From positions 212-64,211 of the forward strand of contig CAZJTF010000001.1 in NCBI GenBank assembly GCA_964548565.1: a DNA stretch of 64,000 bases, written 5' to 3'. Under the pieces are notes generated by a model. It had not been told where the DNA came from. It worked only from the letters and a program-made list of their open reading frames with translations, and made no database searches. The stretch comes from an uncultured Planctomycetales bacterium (GTDB taxonomy: Bacteria; Planctomycetota; Phycisphaerae; UBA1845; PWPN01). The translations under genes were made by a program, and so were the position numbers. Below, piece after piece: positions 1-9,025 of this stretch. How positions within the stretch are numbered: the first letter of the stretch is position 1; each line of letters begins with the position of its first letter.

Positions 1-40
1 GCTCAAGATGTTCAAGAAGCGTCAGCCGGGGCAGGCGTAA
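1..40 (+). CDS. pntA: 3' end of NAD(P) transhydrogenase alpha subunit, partial at window edge
   Basis: The frame ending at 38-40 reads ..LKMFKKRQPGQA*. The LKMF+K tail is the conserved C-terminus of PntA. The TAA stop overlaps the ATG of the next gene (TAATG). Confidence 0.6.
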   Translation, partial: LKMFKKRQPGQA

Positions 41-1425
41 TGGATACCGTCATCTTCATCTGCTACCTGGCGGCCGCCATCTGCTTCATCCTGTCGCTGA
101 TGTGGCTCAGCGCCGTGCCGACCGCGCGGCGCGGCGTGATCGTCGGCATCATCGGCATGCTGCTGGCGGTTGGCGGCACGCTGATCAAGCCGGAAATCAC
201 GGTCGGTGGTTGGGATTCGTACAAGTGGATCGTAGTGGCATTTGTCGTCGGGACGGTGATTGGTATCCCGATGGCGCTCATGCCGATGACCGCTGTGCCG
301 CAGCGAACTGCCCTCTCGCACGCCTTCGGCGCGCTGGCGGCGGCGCTCGTCGGTACCGCCGAGTATTCGCTGCATTATCACCACCTCGACCACTTCACGA
401 TGGGGGCGCTGGCCCTCGAGACGCTGCTCGGGTTCCTGACGTTTACCGCGAGCCTCATGGCATTCGGCAAGCTGCAGGAGATCCTGCCGACGCGCCCCAT
501 CACGTACCCCCGCCAGAACATCGTGAATCTCGGCATCTTCGCGGCCGCGGTGACGATCGGCGTCATCCTGATCGCACGTCCGCACATGGCGTGGCTCTTC
601 CCGATGATGGCGGTGCTCGCGCTCGTGTTCGGCGTTCTGCTGATCATCCCGATCGGCGGCGCGGACATGCCGACGGTGATTTCGCTGCTCAATTCGTATG
701 CCGGCCTGGCCGCGGCGGCCATGGGTTTTGCCCTCGACAACAAGCTGCTGATCGTGGCCGGCTCCCTCGACGGGGCGTCAGGCCTCATCCTGTCGATCAT
801 CATGTGCCGCGCGATGAACCGCTCCTTCACCAACGTGCTCTTCGGCGCGTTCGGGCAGGTGCAGACGTCGTCGGGCGTGGTTGAACAGCGCACGGTGCGC
901 AGCGCGTCCGCCGAGGAGGCCGCGGGCATCCTGGGCGCCGCGAACTCGGTGATGATTATCCCGGGCTACGGCATGGCGGTCGCGCAGGCGCAGCACAGGG
1001 TGCGCGAACTGTTCGAGGCGCTCCGCAAGCGCGGGGTCGAGGTGAAGTTCGCGATTCATCCGGTTGCGGGCCGCATGCCGGGGCACATGAACGTCCTGCT
1101 GGCGGAGGCGGACATTCCGTACGATCGCCTGCTCGAAATGGAAGACGCCAACGCCGAACTGCCCCAGACCGACGTCGCCCTCGTGATCGGTGCGAACGAC
1201 GTGACCAACCCGGCCGCCCGCCACGACAAGGGGAGCCCCATCTACGGGATGCCGATCATCGACACCGACAAGGCCCGCACGGTGATGGTGATCAAGCGCA
1301 GCATGAACCCCGGCTTCGCCGGCGTGGAAAACGAGCTCTACTACCTCGATCGCACGCTGATGCTGTTCGGCGACGCGAAAAGCTTCGTGGGTGAAATCGT
1401 CAAGGAACTGGCGGCGACGAGCTGA
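40..1425 (+). CDS. pntB: NAD(P) transhydrogenase subunit beta
   Basis: 461-aa ORF. The N-terminal half is multi-TM and the C-terminal half is a soluble NADP(H)-binding domain (GYGMAVAQAQH, VIGANDVTNPAA, MNPGFAGVENELYY), as in PntB. Translationally coupled to the pntA end. Confidence 0.9.
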   Translation: MDTVIFICYLAAAICFILSLMWLSAVPTARRGVIVGIIGMLLAVGGTLIKPEITVGGWDSYKWIVVAFVVGTVIGIPMALMPMTAVPQRTALSHAFGALAAALVGTAEYSLHYHHLDHFTMGALALETLLGFLTFTASLMAFGKLQEILPTRPITYPRQNIVNLGIFAAAVTIGVILIARPHMAWLFPMMAVLALVFGVLLIIPIGGADMPTVISLLNSYAGLAAAAMGFALDNKLLIVAGSLDGASGLILSIIMCRAMNRSFTNVLFGAFGQVQTSSGVVEQRTVRSASAEEAAGILGAANSVMIIPGYGMAVAQAQHRVRELFEALRKRGVEVKFAIHPVAGRMPGHMNVLLAEADIPYDRLLEMEDANAELPQTDVALVIGANDVTNPAARHDKGSPIYGMPIIDTDKARTVMVIKRSMNPGFAGVENELYYLDRTLMLFGDAKSFVGEIVKELAATS

Positions 1426-1510
1426 GGGCGTTCCCGCCGGCCCGATCTCATGACGCCTGCGGCCGGGCGGTCGCCGCAACGGCACGACGTCCGTCGCCGG
1501 GAGAGCGCGC

Positions 1511-2407
1511 ATGCTGAAAACACGCGTGGGAGACGAGATTCGGCTCGTGCAGCAACCCGATCATGCCCGGGTGTCCGGTTATCTCGCGGCACACTGGGGC
1601 GGGGCCAACGGGTTCGCGCGGCCCGGGCAGTACCCCGGCGCCGCGGATCCCGATCGCTGGCGGGAGGAGGTCGTGCTCGCGATTGCCGAGCACGACAACG
1701 GGTGGTGGGAGTGGGAGGCGATGCCGGTGCTCGACGAGCGCGACGGCCTGCCGATCGGCCTGGCCGAGGTCGCCCGCGGCTCCCCCGAGGACGGCTTCAG
1801 GCGGTGGCGCCTCGGCGTGCCGCGGCTGGCGGGGCGGCATCCGTACGCCGCACTCCTGGTGAGCCTGCATGCCTACTGGCTGTACGCCTTTGCGTTCGAA
1901 GACCTGGCAAGCGAGGGGAACGATGGCTGGAGGCATCCGCTCTTCGGCGGGCGCGACAACGCGATGAACCTGGTGATCGACCGCGCAGCAACCCGGGCGT
2001 TTCTCGAAGAGCAGCGCCGCACGCGGGCCGAACTGGAAGCGCGGCTCGAAGGGGACCCGATGTTCGCCCCGGCGCTCCAGCACGAGCACCTGATCCCGCA
2101 CGTCCGCCTGCTGCAGCTGCTCGATTCGCTTTCGCTGCTGCTCGCCTTTGATGAGCGCGGAGAACGCATGCTCCTGGATGTTCCGCGCGCGTCATGGCAC
2201 GACCGCGCGACGATGTCGGTGCGCCGGGAGTCCGAGCAGCGCTTCGTCTGCGATCCGTACCCCTTCGATATGCAGCCGCTTGCGGTGCCTATGCCTGCCC
2301 GCGTGATCGCCGCCGAAGCCGGCAGGCCGGTTCCGCGCCCGTCCCTGATGCGCCTGCACGCCGCTCCGCTCCAGACCATCCTGTTTGAACTGGTCGCAGC
2401 CCGCTGA
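1511..2407 (+). CDS. hypothetical protein, possibly DUF3891 family
   Basis: 298-aa ORF with high GC3. IRLVQQPDHARVSGYLAAHWGG and IAEHDNGWWEWE recall DUF3891. The family call is from memory only. Confidence 0.45.
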   Translation: MLKTRVGDEIRLVQQPDHARVSGYLAAHWGGANGFARPGQYPGAADPDRWREEVVLAIAEHDNGWWEWEAMPVLDERDGLPIGLAEVARGSPEDGFRRWRLGVPRLAGRHPYAALLVSLHAYWLYAFAFEDLASEGNDGWRHPLFGGRDNAMNLVIDRAATRAFLEEQRRTRAELEARLEGDPMFAPALQHEHLIPHVRLLQLLDSLSLLLAFDERGERMLLDVPRASWHDRATMSVRRESEQRFVCDPYPFDMQPLAVPMPARVIAAEAGRPVPRPSLMRLHAAPLQTILFELVAAR

Positions 2408-2548
2408 CCTGGCGCCGGAGTGCCGTTCATCGATTTTTTCTATGAGTCCGGCGCAGTGAATCGAATTGTACTCCACCTCCGCTGCTGCCTATCGTCCTGC
2501 AGGTAGTCCCCGCGTGAACGCATGCGGGGGGTTGAAGGAGCTTCCAGC

Positions 2549-2872
2549 ATGCAGGTCAAAGTCGAATCGGATGGGCTGCTGTTTGAGTCGGGCCTTGCCA
2601 ACTACGTCCGCGGCGAACTCCGCGAGCGACTGGGGACGTCCCGTGTCCAGGATGCCGAGGCGACACTGACGGTCCACGAGCGGACGGGGTCCGCGGGGGC
2701 CGTCGAGAAACTCTGCAACCTGGAGCTGAGACTCGGTTCCGAACGCCTGCTCGGTACCTCTTGTGATACGGACCTTCTCGATGCCGTGGACGGCGCACTG
2801 GATGTCGCGCTGGCCCCGCTGCGCCGAAAGGTGTTCCCTGCCGGCGGTGCCGCCATCGGGCGGGCCGTCTGA
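2549..2872 (+). CDS. ribosome hibernation factor-like (HPF/RaiA, S30AE family) small protein
   Basis: ATG at 2549 lies 8 nt after GAAGGAG. MQVKVESDGLLFESGLANYVRGELRERL...TLTVHE...LELRLGSE...DLLDAVDGALDVALAPLRRK follows the beta-alpha-beta-beta-beta-alpha pattern of short HPF/YfiA (MQI.I.G....T.AL..YV..KL..L ... D.Y.AID...DKL..QL.K). Confidence 0.5.
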   Translation: MQVKVESDGLLFESGLANYVRGELRERLGTSRVQDAEATLTVHERTGSAGAVEKLCNLELRLGSERLLGTSCDTDLLDAVDGALDVALAPLRRKVFPAGGAAIGRAV

Positions 2873-3000
2873 CTGGTTGTCACGCCAGCGAGCGCGGGTT
2901 CGCGACGACTTCACCTCTCTCTTTCGAGCTTCAGATGGGGCATCTCCTGCGATAGAATACTCGTACGGGCTCATGCTTTGCAGAACACAGGAGGTGATGG

Positions 3001-6000
3001 ATGCGCCGCAGATCCGTCTCTGCGCTGCTGGTGTGCGCAACTGCTTCAATGGCTGCCCCGGTGCCGGTTTACGCCGCTCCTCGGGACGTCGTGTTCGGGG
3101 AAGCGGTCGTACCGGCCGGCTTGAGCCCGCCCCCTGGGGTGCGTCGCCTGCGCCCGGTTCGCCTGGACCATGCGGCGCTTGCTTCGATGAGGGCCGGTTC
3201 TACCGGGCGACTGCGGCTGTTTGATGACGCGACCGCAGATATTGTCATCGAGCGGACGGAAGCGACACCGGGGGGTGCCCGGATCCTCTACGGACGCGCG
3301 TCCGACGTCCCTCATTCGAGCGTGACGTTGGTCGTCGACGGCTCCATCGTTGCCGGTGCGATTCGCCTTCCAGGACAGGGGCTGTTCGAGATCCGACCGG
3401 CGCCCGGTGGGCTGTTGCTGGTACGCGAGGCGGACGCGGAGCTGCTGACCTGCGGCGGGGGGCCCGGATGGCCCGCGGGTGCGCGACAGGCCCTCAACGA
3501 CGGCACGGCGGCCATGGAGACGGGCGCCGCCGAGGGTCCCGCCCCGGGTCCATTGGCGACCACGCCGCACGGCTACCGGTGCGACGACGGCAGCGTCGTC
3601 GACCTGATGGCGGTCTACACCCAGGCAGCGCTGAACGCGGCCGGCGGTGTCGCGCAGATCAACGCCTTGATCGATCTCGCCATCGCCGACACGAATGCTG
3701 CCTACGTGCGCAGCCAGGTGAACACCAGCATCCGCAAGGTCTACGCCGGCCTCATCAACTACACGGAGACGGGCGTCGGCGACATCGACGGCCCGCGGCT
3801 CTTCACCGAGGGCGACGGCTACCTCGACGACGTGCACCCTCTCCGCAACCAGTACGGTGCGGACTGCGTGAGCCTCTGGGTGCAGAGCCTCGACTCCGGC
3901 GGCATCGGGTATTACCCGCACCCGTCGCTGGAGGGCATCGGGGCGAGCGGTTTCAGCGCCATGCGCCAGGACAGCGCGGCGTACCTCACGCTCGCGCATG
4001 AGATCGGGCACAACTTCTGGTGCGCGCACGACCTCGCCCATGCCGTGAGCGGCACGCCGTTCGCGAGTTACTCGTATGGCTTCCGCGAGCCCGGCGGCGC
4101 GTGGTACACGATCATGGCGTACCAGAACGACCCGCCGAACCCCCCGGGGACGATGATCCCCTATTTCGCCAACCCGAACGTCAACTGGCCCGGCCCGACA
4201 CCGCCGAACCCGGGGCCGACGGGTGTACCCGAAGGCCAGCCGAATCCGTCCGACGTGGCCCGCACCCACAACGAGCTGAAAGGCTACATCGCGAACTTCC
4301 GTGCGACGGCGGTGGCGGGACTGCCGGGCGTGCTGTACGTCCGTGCCACGGCTCCGGCCGGCGGCAACGGACAAAGCTGGGGCACCGCGCTGCGCGATCT
4401 GCAGGACGCGTTGTGCCTGGCGGCCGGATCAAACGGCGCGGTGCAGCAGATCTGGGTGGCGGCCGGAACGTACAGACCCGATCGCGGCGGCGGCGACCGA
4501 CTGGCGAGCTTTCACCTGCAGAGCGGGCTCGCCATCTACGGCGGATTTGCAGGTACGGAGTCCCAGCTCGCGCAGCGCAACATTGCGGCAAACACGACAA
4601 TCCTGAGCGGTGACATCGGCCTGATCGGCACGGTGGGTGACAACACTTATCACGTCGTGACCGGCACCGGCAGGGACGAGACTGCACGTCTCGACGGGTT
4701 CACCATCACCGGCGGCAACGCAGATGGCGGCACCGACGAGCACGATGGCGGCGGCGGCTTGAGCAACTACGACGGCGGCAATCCCATCATCGCCAACTGC
4801 ACCTTCACCTCCAACCACGCGGCCAGGTACGGCGGGGCCGTCCGCAACTACAAGGCGAGCCCCACGTTCGAGCATTGCACGTTCGCCGACAACGTCTCGA
4901 CGGGAACCGTCTGGCCCGAGGGCGGCGGTGCGGTCTACAGCTACGATCAGTGCCATCCGACGTTCACCAGTTGCACGTTCAGCGGCAACTCCGCCAATAT
5001 CGGCGGCGCGGTGGCCAACCTCTTTGACTCCGGCAGTACCGTGACCGGCTGCACGTTCACCGGGAACGCCGCGATTGGCGCGGACGCCAACGGTGCCGCC
5101 TTCTACGCGTACAGCGACAGCACGCCCGTCATCGAGGGCTGCACGTTCACGGAAAACGACGCCGCGCACGGGGGTGGGCTCTACATTGCGTTTAACTGCG
5201 ACGCCGAGGTCACGGCGTGCACATTCACCGGCAACACCGCAACGGCTGACGGCGGTGGGTTATACGCCTACTCCGAAAGCGACGTGGTCGTGACCGGTTG
5301 TACGTTTAGCGCGAACAGTGCGAACACCGGCGCCGGGATGATTGTGCTGTTCAACGCGGCGCCCACCGTGCGGGATTGCACCTTCGATCAGAATACGGGC
5401 AGTGGTGCGAACAACGGCGGGTCCGGGCTTTACTACTACTCAGCGGTGCACGGCACGGTGACGAACAGCGTCTTCAGCTCCAACAGCGGCGGCTTCGGCG
5501 CCGGCATGGGGACCGCCTTTGACTGCGCGCCGCGTCTCGTGAACTGCGTTTTTCGGCAGAATACGGCCACGGGCGGGAACGGCATTGGCGGCGGCTTGTC
5601 GAACTACTCGAACTGCAACGTCGAGCTCGTGAACGTGCTCTTCACCGGGAACACGGCGGCGTTCGGCGGCGCCATTCTCAACCAGTTCACCAGCAACCCC
5701 GTCCTGACGAACTGCACGCTCAGCGGGAACGCGGCCAGCGCCGCCGCCGGCGGAATCTACAGCGACCAGAGCACGCCGGTAATCCGCAACAGCATTCTCT
5801 GGGGCAACAGCGCCTCCGGCGGCACCTCGCAGAGCGCGCAGATCATCGGGTTCAACGGCGCGGGCGTCGCGATCAGCTCCAGCACCGTGCAGGGATGGAA
5901 CGGCTCGTTCGGCGGCGTGAATAACAACGGCTCAAACCCGCTCTTCGTCGACGCGGACGGCGCTGACAACGTGATCGGCACGGCAGACGACAATCCGCGC

Positions 6001-6351
6001 CCGCAGCCCGGCTCTCCCGCCATCAACACCGGCGACAACGCAAGCGTGCCCACGGGCATCGTGAGCGATCTCGACGGCGGACCGCGCATCCTCGAGGGCA
6101 TCGTGGACCGCGGGGCGTACGAGTCTGTGCCCGCGATTCCCGGCGACTTCAACGACGACGGCGACGTGGACCTCGCGGACTTTGCCCAGTTCCAGGCGTG
6201 CGCGACGCGAGCGACGGTCGCCCAACCGAACCCGGCGTGCGCGGACGCGAAGCTGGATGCTGATGCGGACGTCGACATGAGCGACTTCGGACTGTTCCAG
6301 CGGTGCTACACCGGCGAGAACCGTCCGGGTAGCGTGACGTGTGCGGAATAG
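3001..6351 (+). CDS. secreted metzincin (reprolysin/M12B-like) fused to a right-handed beta-helix repeat region and a C-terminal dockerin-like double EF-hand module
   Basis: Signal peptide MRRRSVSALLVCATASMAAPVPVYAAP. Zinc site HEIGHNFWCAHD (HExxHxxxxxHD). About 13 tandem CTF[TS]GN..x..GG[GA][LIV]Y repeats (Pmp/PbH1-like). The tail at 6136..6348 is DFNDDGDVDLADFAQFQAC...C...DADADVDMSDFGLFQRC...C. Confidence 0.8.
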   Translation: MRRRSVSALLVCATASMAAPVPVYAAPRDVVFGEAVVPAGLSPPPGVRRLRPVRLDHAALASMRAGSTGRLRLFDDATADIVIERTEATPGGARILYGRASDVPHSSVTLVVDGSIVAGAIRLPGQGLFEIRPAPGGLLLVREADAELLTCGGGPGWPAGARQALNDGTAAMETGAAEGPAPGPLATTPHGYRCDDGSVVDLMAVYTQAALNAAGGVAQINALIDLAIADTNAAYVRSQVNTSIRKVYAGLINYTETGVGDIDGPRLFTEGDGYLDDVHPLRNQYGADCVSLWVQSLDSGGIGYYPHPSLEGIGASGFSAMRQDSAAYLTLAHEIGHNFWCAHDLAHAVSGTPFASYSYGFREPGGAWYTIMAYQNDPPNPPGTMIPYFANPNVNWPGPTPPNPGPTGVPEGQPNPSDVARTHNELKGYIANFRATAVAGLPGVLYVRATAPAGGNGQSWGTALRDLQDALCLAAGSNGAVQQIWVAAGTYRPDRGGGDRLASFHLQSGLAIYGGFAGTESQLAQRNIAANTTILSGDIGLIGTVGDNTYHVVTGTGRDETARLDGFTITGGNADGGTDEHDGGGGLSNYDGGNPIIANCTFTSNHAARYGGAVRNYKASPTFEHCTFADNVSTGTVWPEGGGAVYSYDQCHPTFTSCTFSGNSANIGGAVANLFDSGSTVTGCTFTGNAAIGADANGAAFYAYSDSTPVIEGCTFTENDAAHGGGLYIAFNCDAEVTACTFTGNTATADGGGLYAYSESDVVVTGCTFSANSANTGAGMIVLFNAAPTVRDCTFDQNTGSGANNGGSGLYYYSAVHGTVTNSVFSSNSGGFGAGMGTAFDCAPRLVNCVFRQNTATGGNGIGGGLSNYSNCNVELVNVLFTGNTAAFGGAILNQFTSNPVLTNCTLSGNAASAAAGGIYSDQSTPVIRNSILWGNSASGGTSQSAQIIGFNGAGVAISSSTVQGWNGSFGGVNNNGSNPLFVDADGADNVIGTADDNPRPQPGSPAINTGDNASVPTGIVSDLDGGPRILEGIVDRGAYESVPAIPGDFNDDGDVDLADFAQFQACATRATVAQPNPACADAKLDADADVDMSDFGLFQRCYTGENRPGSVTCAE

Positions 6352-6378
6352 TCGCGCCGGCAGATCCGCGGAGCATGA

Positions 6379-7695
6379 TCAGGGCGACTCGGTGAACGTC
6401 GTGACTCCTGACCCGCGGACCCGGGTCGCAAGAGCGGCCGCAATCAGGAGAGCCAGCGAGGCCGCCAGCAGACCCGGGCGGTCATCGTGATAGCGGTCCT
6501 TGAGCACGCCGGTGACCCACGGGCCCATGAACCCGTTCACCAGGTTGCCGAAGGAGTTGATCAGCGCCAGGCCGGTCGCCGCGGCCGTGCCCGTCAGAAA
6601 GGCCGGTGGGATCGCCCAGAACGGCCCCAGCGTGGACCAGATCGCGCCGGCCGCCGCGCAGAGCGCGAGCAGCACGAGAATCGGCGAATGAGCGCGTGTG
6701 CAGGCGAGCAGACTCGCGGCGCCCAGCGCTGCGCAGATCGCCACATGCACGCGTCGCTCGCCGGTGCGATCTGAGTGCCGCCCGACGATCACCATCGCGA
6801 CCATCGCGACGAAAAAGGGAATCGCCGACACCAGCCCGACGCTTCGGTTGTCCGTCAGGCCGGTCGCCTGCTTGATGATCGTCGGCAGCCAGAAGTTGAT
6901 CCCCTGGAAGCCGAACATGATGCCGCAGTAGATGAGCGTGAGCAGCCAGACGCGCCCGCTGCCGAAAGCATCACGGATCGCGGAGTGCCGGTGCGCGTGC
7001 CGCTGGGCTTCCTCCGACGCGAGTGCGCCCGTCAACACCGCACGTTCGTCCGCGGAGAGCCACCGCGCGCGGGCAGGGTTATCCGGCAGGAGGGCGAGAA
7101 TCGCGAAGCCGCCGAGCACGCTCGGGATCCCCTCCAGAAGGAAGAGCCACTGCCAGCCATGAAGGGGATGCCCCAGCAGCGGGCGTCCATCGAGGCCGAG
7201 CAGCAGCCCCGCGAGCGGCGCTCCGACGAGCCCGGACATGGCGGTTGCCGTCAGGAACCACGCGACTGCCCGCGCCTGCTCCCGCACGGGGAACCAGTAG
7301 GTCAGGTAGAGCAGGATCCCTGGTGCGAAGCCCGCCTCGGCCGCCCCGAGGAGAAATCGCAGCAGGTAGAAGCTCGGCGCCCCGCGCACGAACATCATTG
7401 CGGACGAAATAATGCCCCATGTGATCATGATCCGCGCCAACCAGATCCGTGGGCCCACGCGCTGCATAATCAGATTGCTGTGGACTTCGAACAGGCAGTA
7501 GCTGACGTAGAAAACGCCCGCGCCGAACCCGTACACCGCCTCGCTGAAACCCAGGTCCGCGTTCATCGTCAGCTTGGCGAATGAGACGTTCACCCGGTCG
7601 AGGTAGTTGAAGATGTAGAGGATGACGATCGGCGGAATCAGCCGCAGCATGACCCGGTTGATGACGTGATCGGCGGCGACGGCGGTTGCGGGCAT
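6379..7695 (-). CDS. MFS transporter, anion:cation symporter (ACS)-like
   Basis: 438 aa with about 12 TM segments. YLDRVNVSFAKL near TM1 is the ACS-family signature (hexuronate/galactonate/tartrate-type permeases). Confidence 0.8.
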   Translation of the reverse strand: MPATAVAADHVINRVMLRLIPPIVILYIFNYLDRVNVSFAKLTMNADLGFSEAVYGFGAGVFYVSYCLFEVHSNLIMQRVGPRIWLARIMITWGIISSAMMFVRGAPSFYLLRFLLGAAEAGFAPGILLYLTYWFPVREQARAVAWFLTATAMSGLVGAPLAGLLLGLDGRPLLGHPLHGWQWLFLLEGIPSVLGGFAILALLPDNPARARWLSADERAVLTGALASEEAQRHAHRHSAIRDAFGSGRVWLLTLIYCGIMFGFQGINFWLPTIIKQATGLTDNRSVGLVSAIPFFVAMVAMVIVGRHSDRTGERRVHVAICAALGAASLLACTRAHSPILVLLALCAAAGAIWSTLGPFWAIPPAFLTGTAAATGLALINSFGNLVNGFMGPWVTGVLKDRYHDDRPGLLAASLALLIAAALATRVRGSGVTTFTESP

Positions 7696-7720
7696 GAGCG
7701 AATCATAACGCGGAGGATGG

Positions 7721-7845
7721 CTGATTGTTGATTTTCAATTGTCGATCGTCGATTTTTGATTCCCTGGCGGGAGTGCTTGCAGACAGGACGAAGCCGTCGG
7801 ACCCGGATCGAGAATCAACAATCGCACATCGTCGATCGAAATGCC
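7721..7845. repeat. intergenic short-period repeat element: AT-richer repeat arms flanking a GC-rich core
   Basis: The left arm carries gattgttgatttt and gtcgatcgtcgattttt. The right arm carries aatcaacaatcg (reverse complement of attgttgatt) and catcgtcgatcgaaat. The arms flank a ~45-nt GC-rich core (ccctggcgggagtgcttgcagacaggacgaagccgtcggacccgg). It fills the dus-MFS gap. Confidence 0.5.
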
Positions 7846-8994
7846 CTACCCCAGCTCCGCGCCGGCGGCGATCAGGTCGCCCGGGCCGGTCTTGCGCAGG
7901 CCCGGCGGCCACTCCCGGGCGGGGTCGTACCACTCCTCCAGCACGCGGCGCCAGTCTCCCGTCGTCTTCGCGCGGATGAAAGCGTTCCGCACGTGGAGGT
8001 AGTGCGGGTGCAGTTCGCTGTACTTGATCCCGAACTTGCGCATCACCTGCCCGGCCTTCGCCTCGCCGTACACCTCGACGGTCCAGGCGAAATGCTGCGC
8101 GATGGTGCGGCCCTGGGCGGCGACGGAAGGAGCGGGAAATTGCGGATTGCGGATTGCGAATTGCGAATTGCACCGTACGACCGGTGGGTCGACCCCGTCG
8201 ACAGGCTGCTCCGGTTCTCCGTTCCGCAATCCGCGATTCGCAATCCGCAATCCCAGTTTCGCCCGGCACTCCTCGAAGATCCACGGGTTGCCGATGCAGC
8301 CCCGGGCCACGGTCACGCCATCTACCCCCGTCTCGTCCATCATGCGGATGCAGTCGTCGGCCGTGAACAGATCGCCGCTGCCCAGAACCGTCCGGTCGCC
8401 GACGTGCCGCTTCACGCGGGCGAGAAACTCCCAGCGGCTCGGGCCCACATACCGCTGCTTCACTGTGCGTCCATGGACCGTGACACCGTTGATGCCGAGT
8501 GCGAACGCGCCGTCCAGGATCTCGAAGAAGTTCCGCTCGCTCTCCGGGCTGTCGTCCATGCCGCGGCGCATCTTCACCGTGACCGGACGGCGCCTGTCGA
8601 CGGCCGCCAGGACATTCCGCACGATCGCGAGCGCCGTCTCCGGATCCGACAGCAGGAACCCGCCTCGGCATCGCCCGAGCACCTTGCGCACCGGGCAGCC
8701 GAAATTGATGTCCACCACGTCGTAGCCGGCGTTCACCAGTGCGTCGGCCGCGAGCGCGAATGTTTCGGGCTCCGCCCCCATGAGCTGTCCGCCCACGGGG
8801 TGATCATCCGGCGCCACCGTCGTGATCGCCCGCTGCTTCCTGCCCTTCTGGATCACGAGCTTATCGAGCACAACTTCGTTCAGCGTGTAGACGGCGCCAT
8901 GCATCCGAGCGACCCGGCGCATGGGCAGGTCGCTGTAGCCGCTGAGGGCGGCCTGCACGATGGGGAAATCGATTTCAAGCGTCCCGATCTTCAC
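7846..8994 (-). CDS. dus: tRNA-dihydrouridine synthase carrying an in-frame ~38-aa insertion
   Basis: FMN TIM-barrel motifs: QAALSGYSDLPMR, VDINFGCPVRKV, VTVKMRRG, VTVHGRT, GSGD, ARGCIGNPWIF. GTG start. The linker to the helical domain is interrupted by GLRIANRGLRNGEPEQPVDGVDPPVVRCNSQFAIRNPQF. Confidence 0.85.
   Translation of the reverse strand: MKIGTLEIDFPIVQAALSGYSDLPMRRVARMHGAVYTLNEVVLDKLVIQKGRKQRAITTVAPDDHPVGGQLMGAEPETFALAADALVNAGYDVVDINFGCPVRKVLGRCRGGFLLSDPETALAIVRNVLAAVDRRRPVTVKMRRGMDDSPESERNFFEILDGAFALGINGVTVHGRTVKQRYVGPSRWEFLARVKRHVGDRTVLGSGDLFTADDCIRMMDETGVDGVTVARGCIGNPWIFEECRAKLGLRIANRGLRNGEPEQPVDGVDPPVVRCNSQFAIRNPQFPAPSVAAQGRTIAQHFAWTVEVYGEAKAGQVMRKFGIKYSELHPHYLHVRNAFIRAKTTGDWRRVLEEWYDPAREWPPGLRKTGPGDLIAAGAELG
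8142..8253. repeat. palindromic heptad-repeat element embedded in frame in dus
   Basis: The left arm at 8142-8171 is GCGGATT GCGGATT GCGAATT GCGAATT GC. The right arm at 8226-8253 is GCAATCC GCGATTC GCAATCC GCAATCC. The arms are about 27/30 complementary and enclose a 54-nt GC-rich loop. Confidence 0.8.
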
Positions 8995-9025
8995 GAACCT
9001 GCGGCATCCTCTTCAAAAGGGGCGG

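Noticed and set aside
8142-8253. Possibility that the heptad repeats in dus, at 7721..7845 and at 41224..41244 represent a CRISPR array or a sequencing artefact
   Set aside because: The units are 7 nt, directly abutting, with no spacers of 25-40 nt and no cas genes. The dus copy keeps the reading frame and is a two-armed palindrome, so a REP/MITE-like element fits better.
7703-8671. 322-aa minus-strand ORF ending in ...DDRQLKINNQPSSAL
   Set aside because: It is out of frame within dus and runs through the intergenic repeat element. The odd C-terminal peptide is simply the translated repeat arm.
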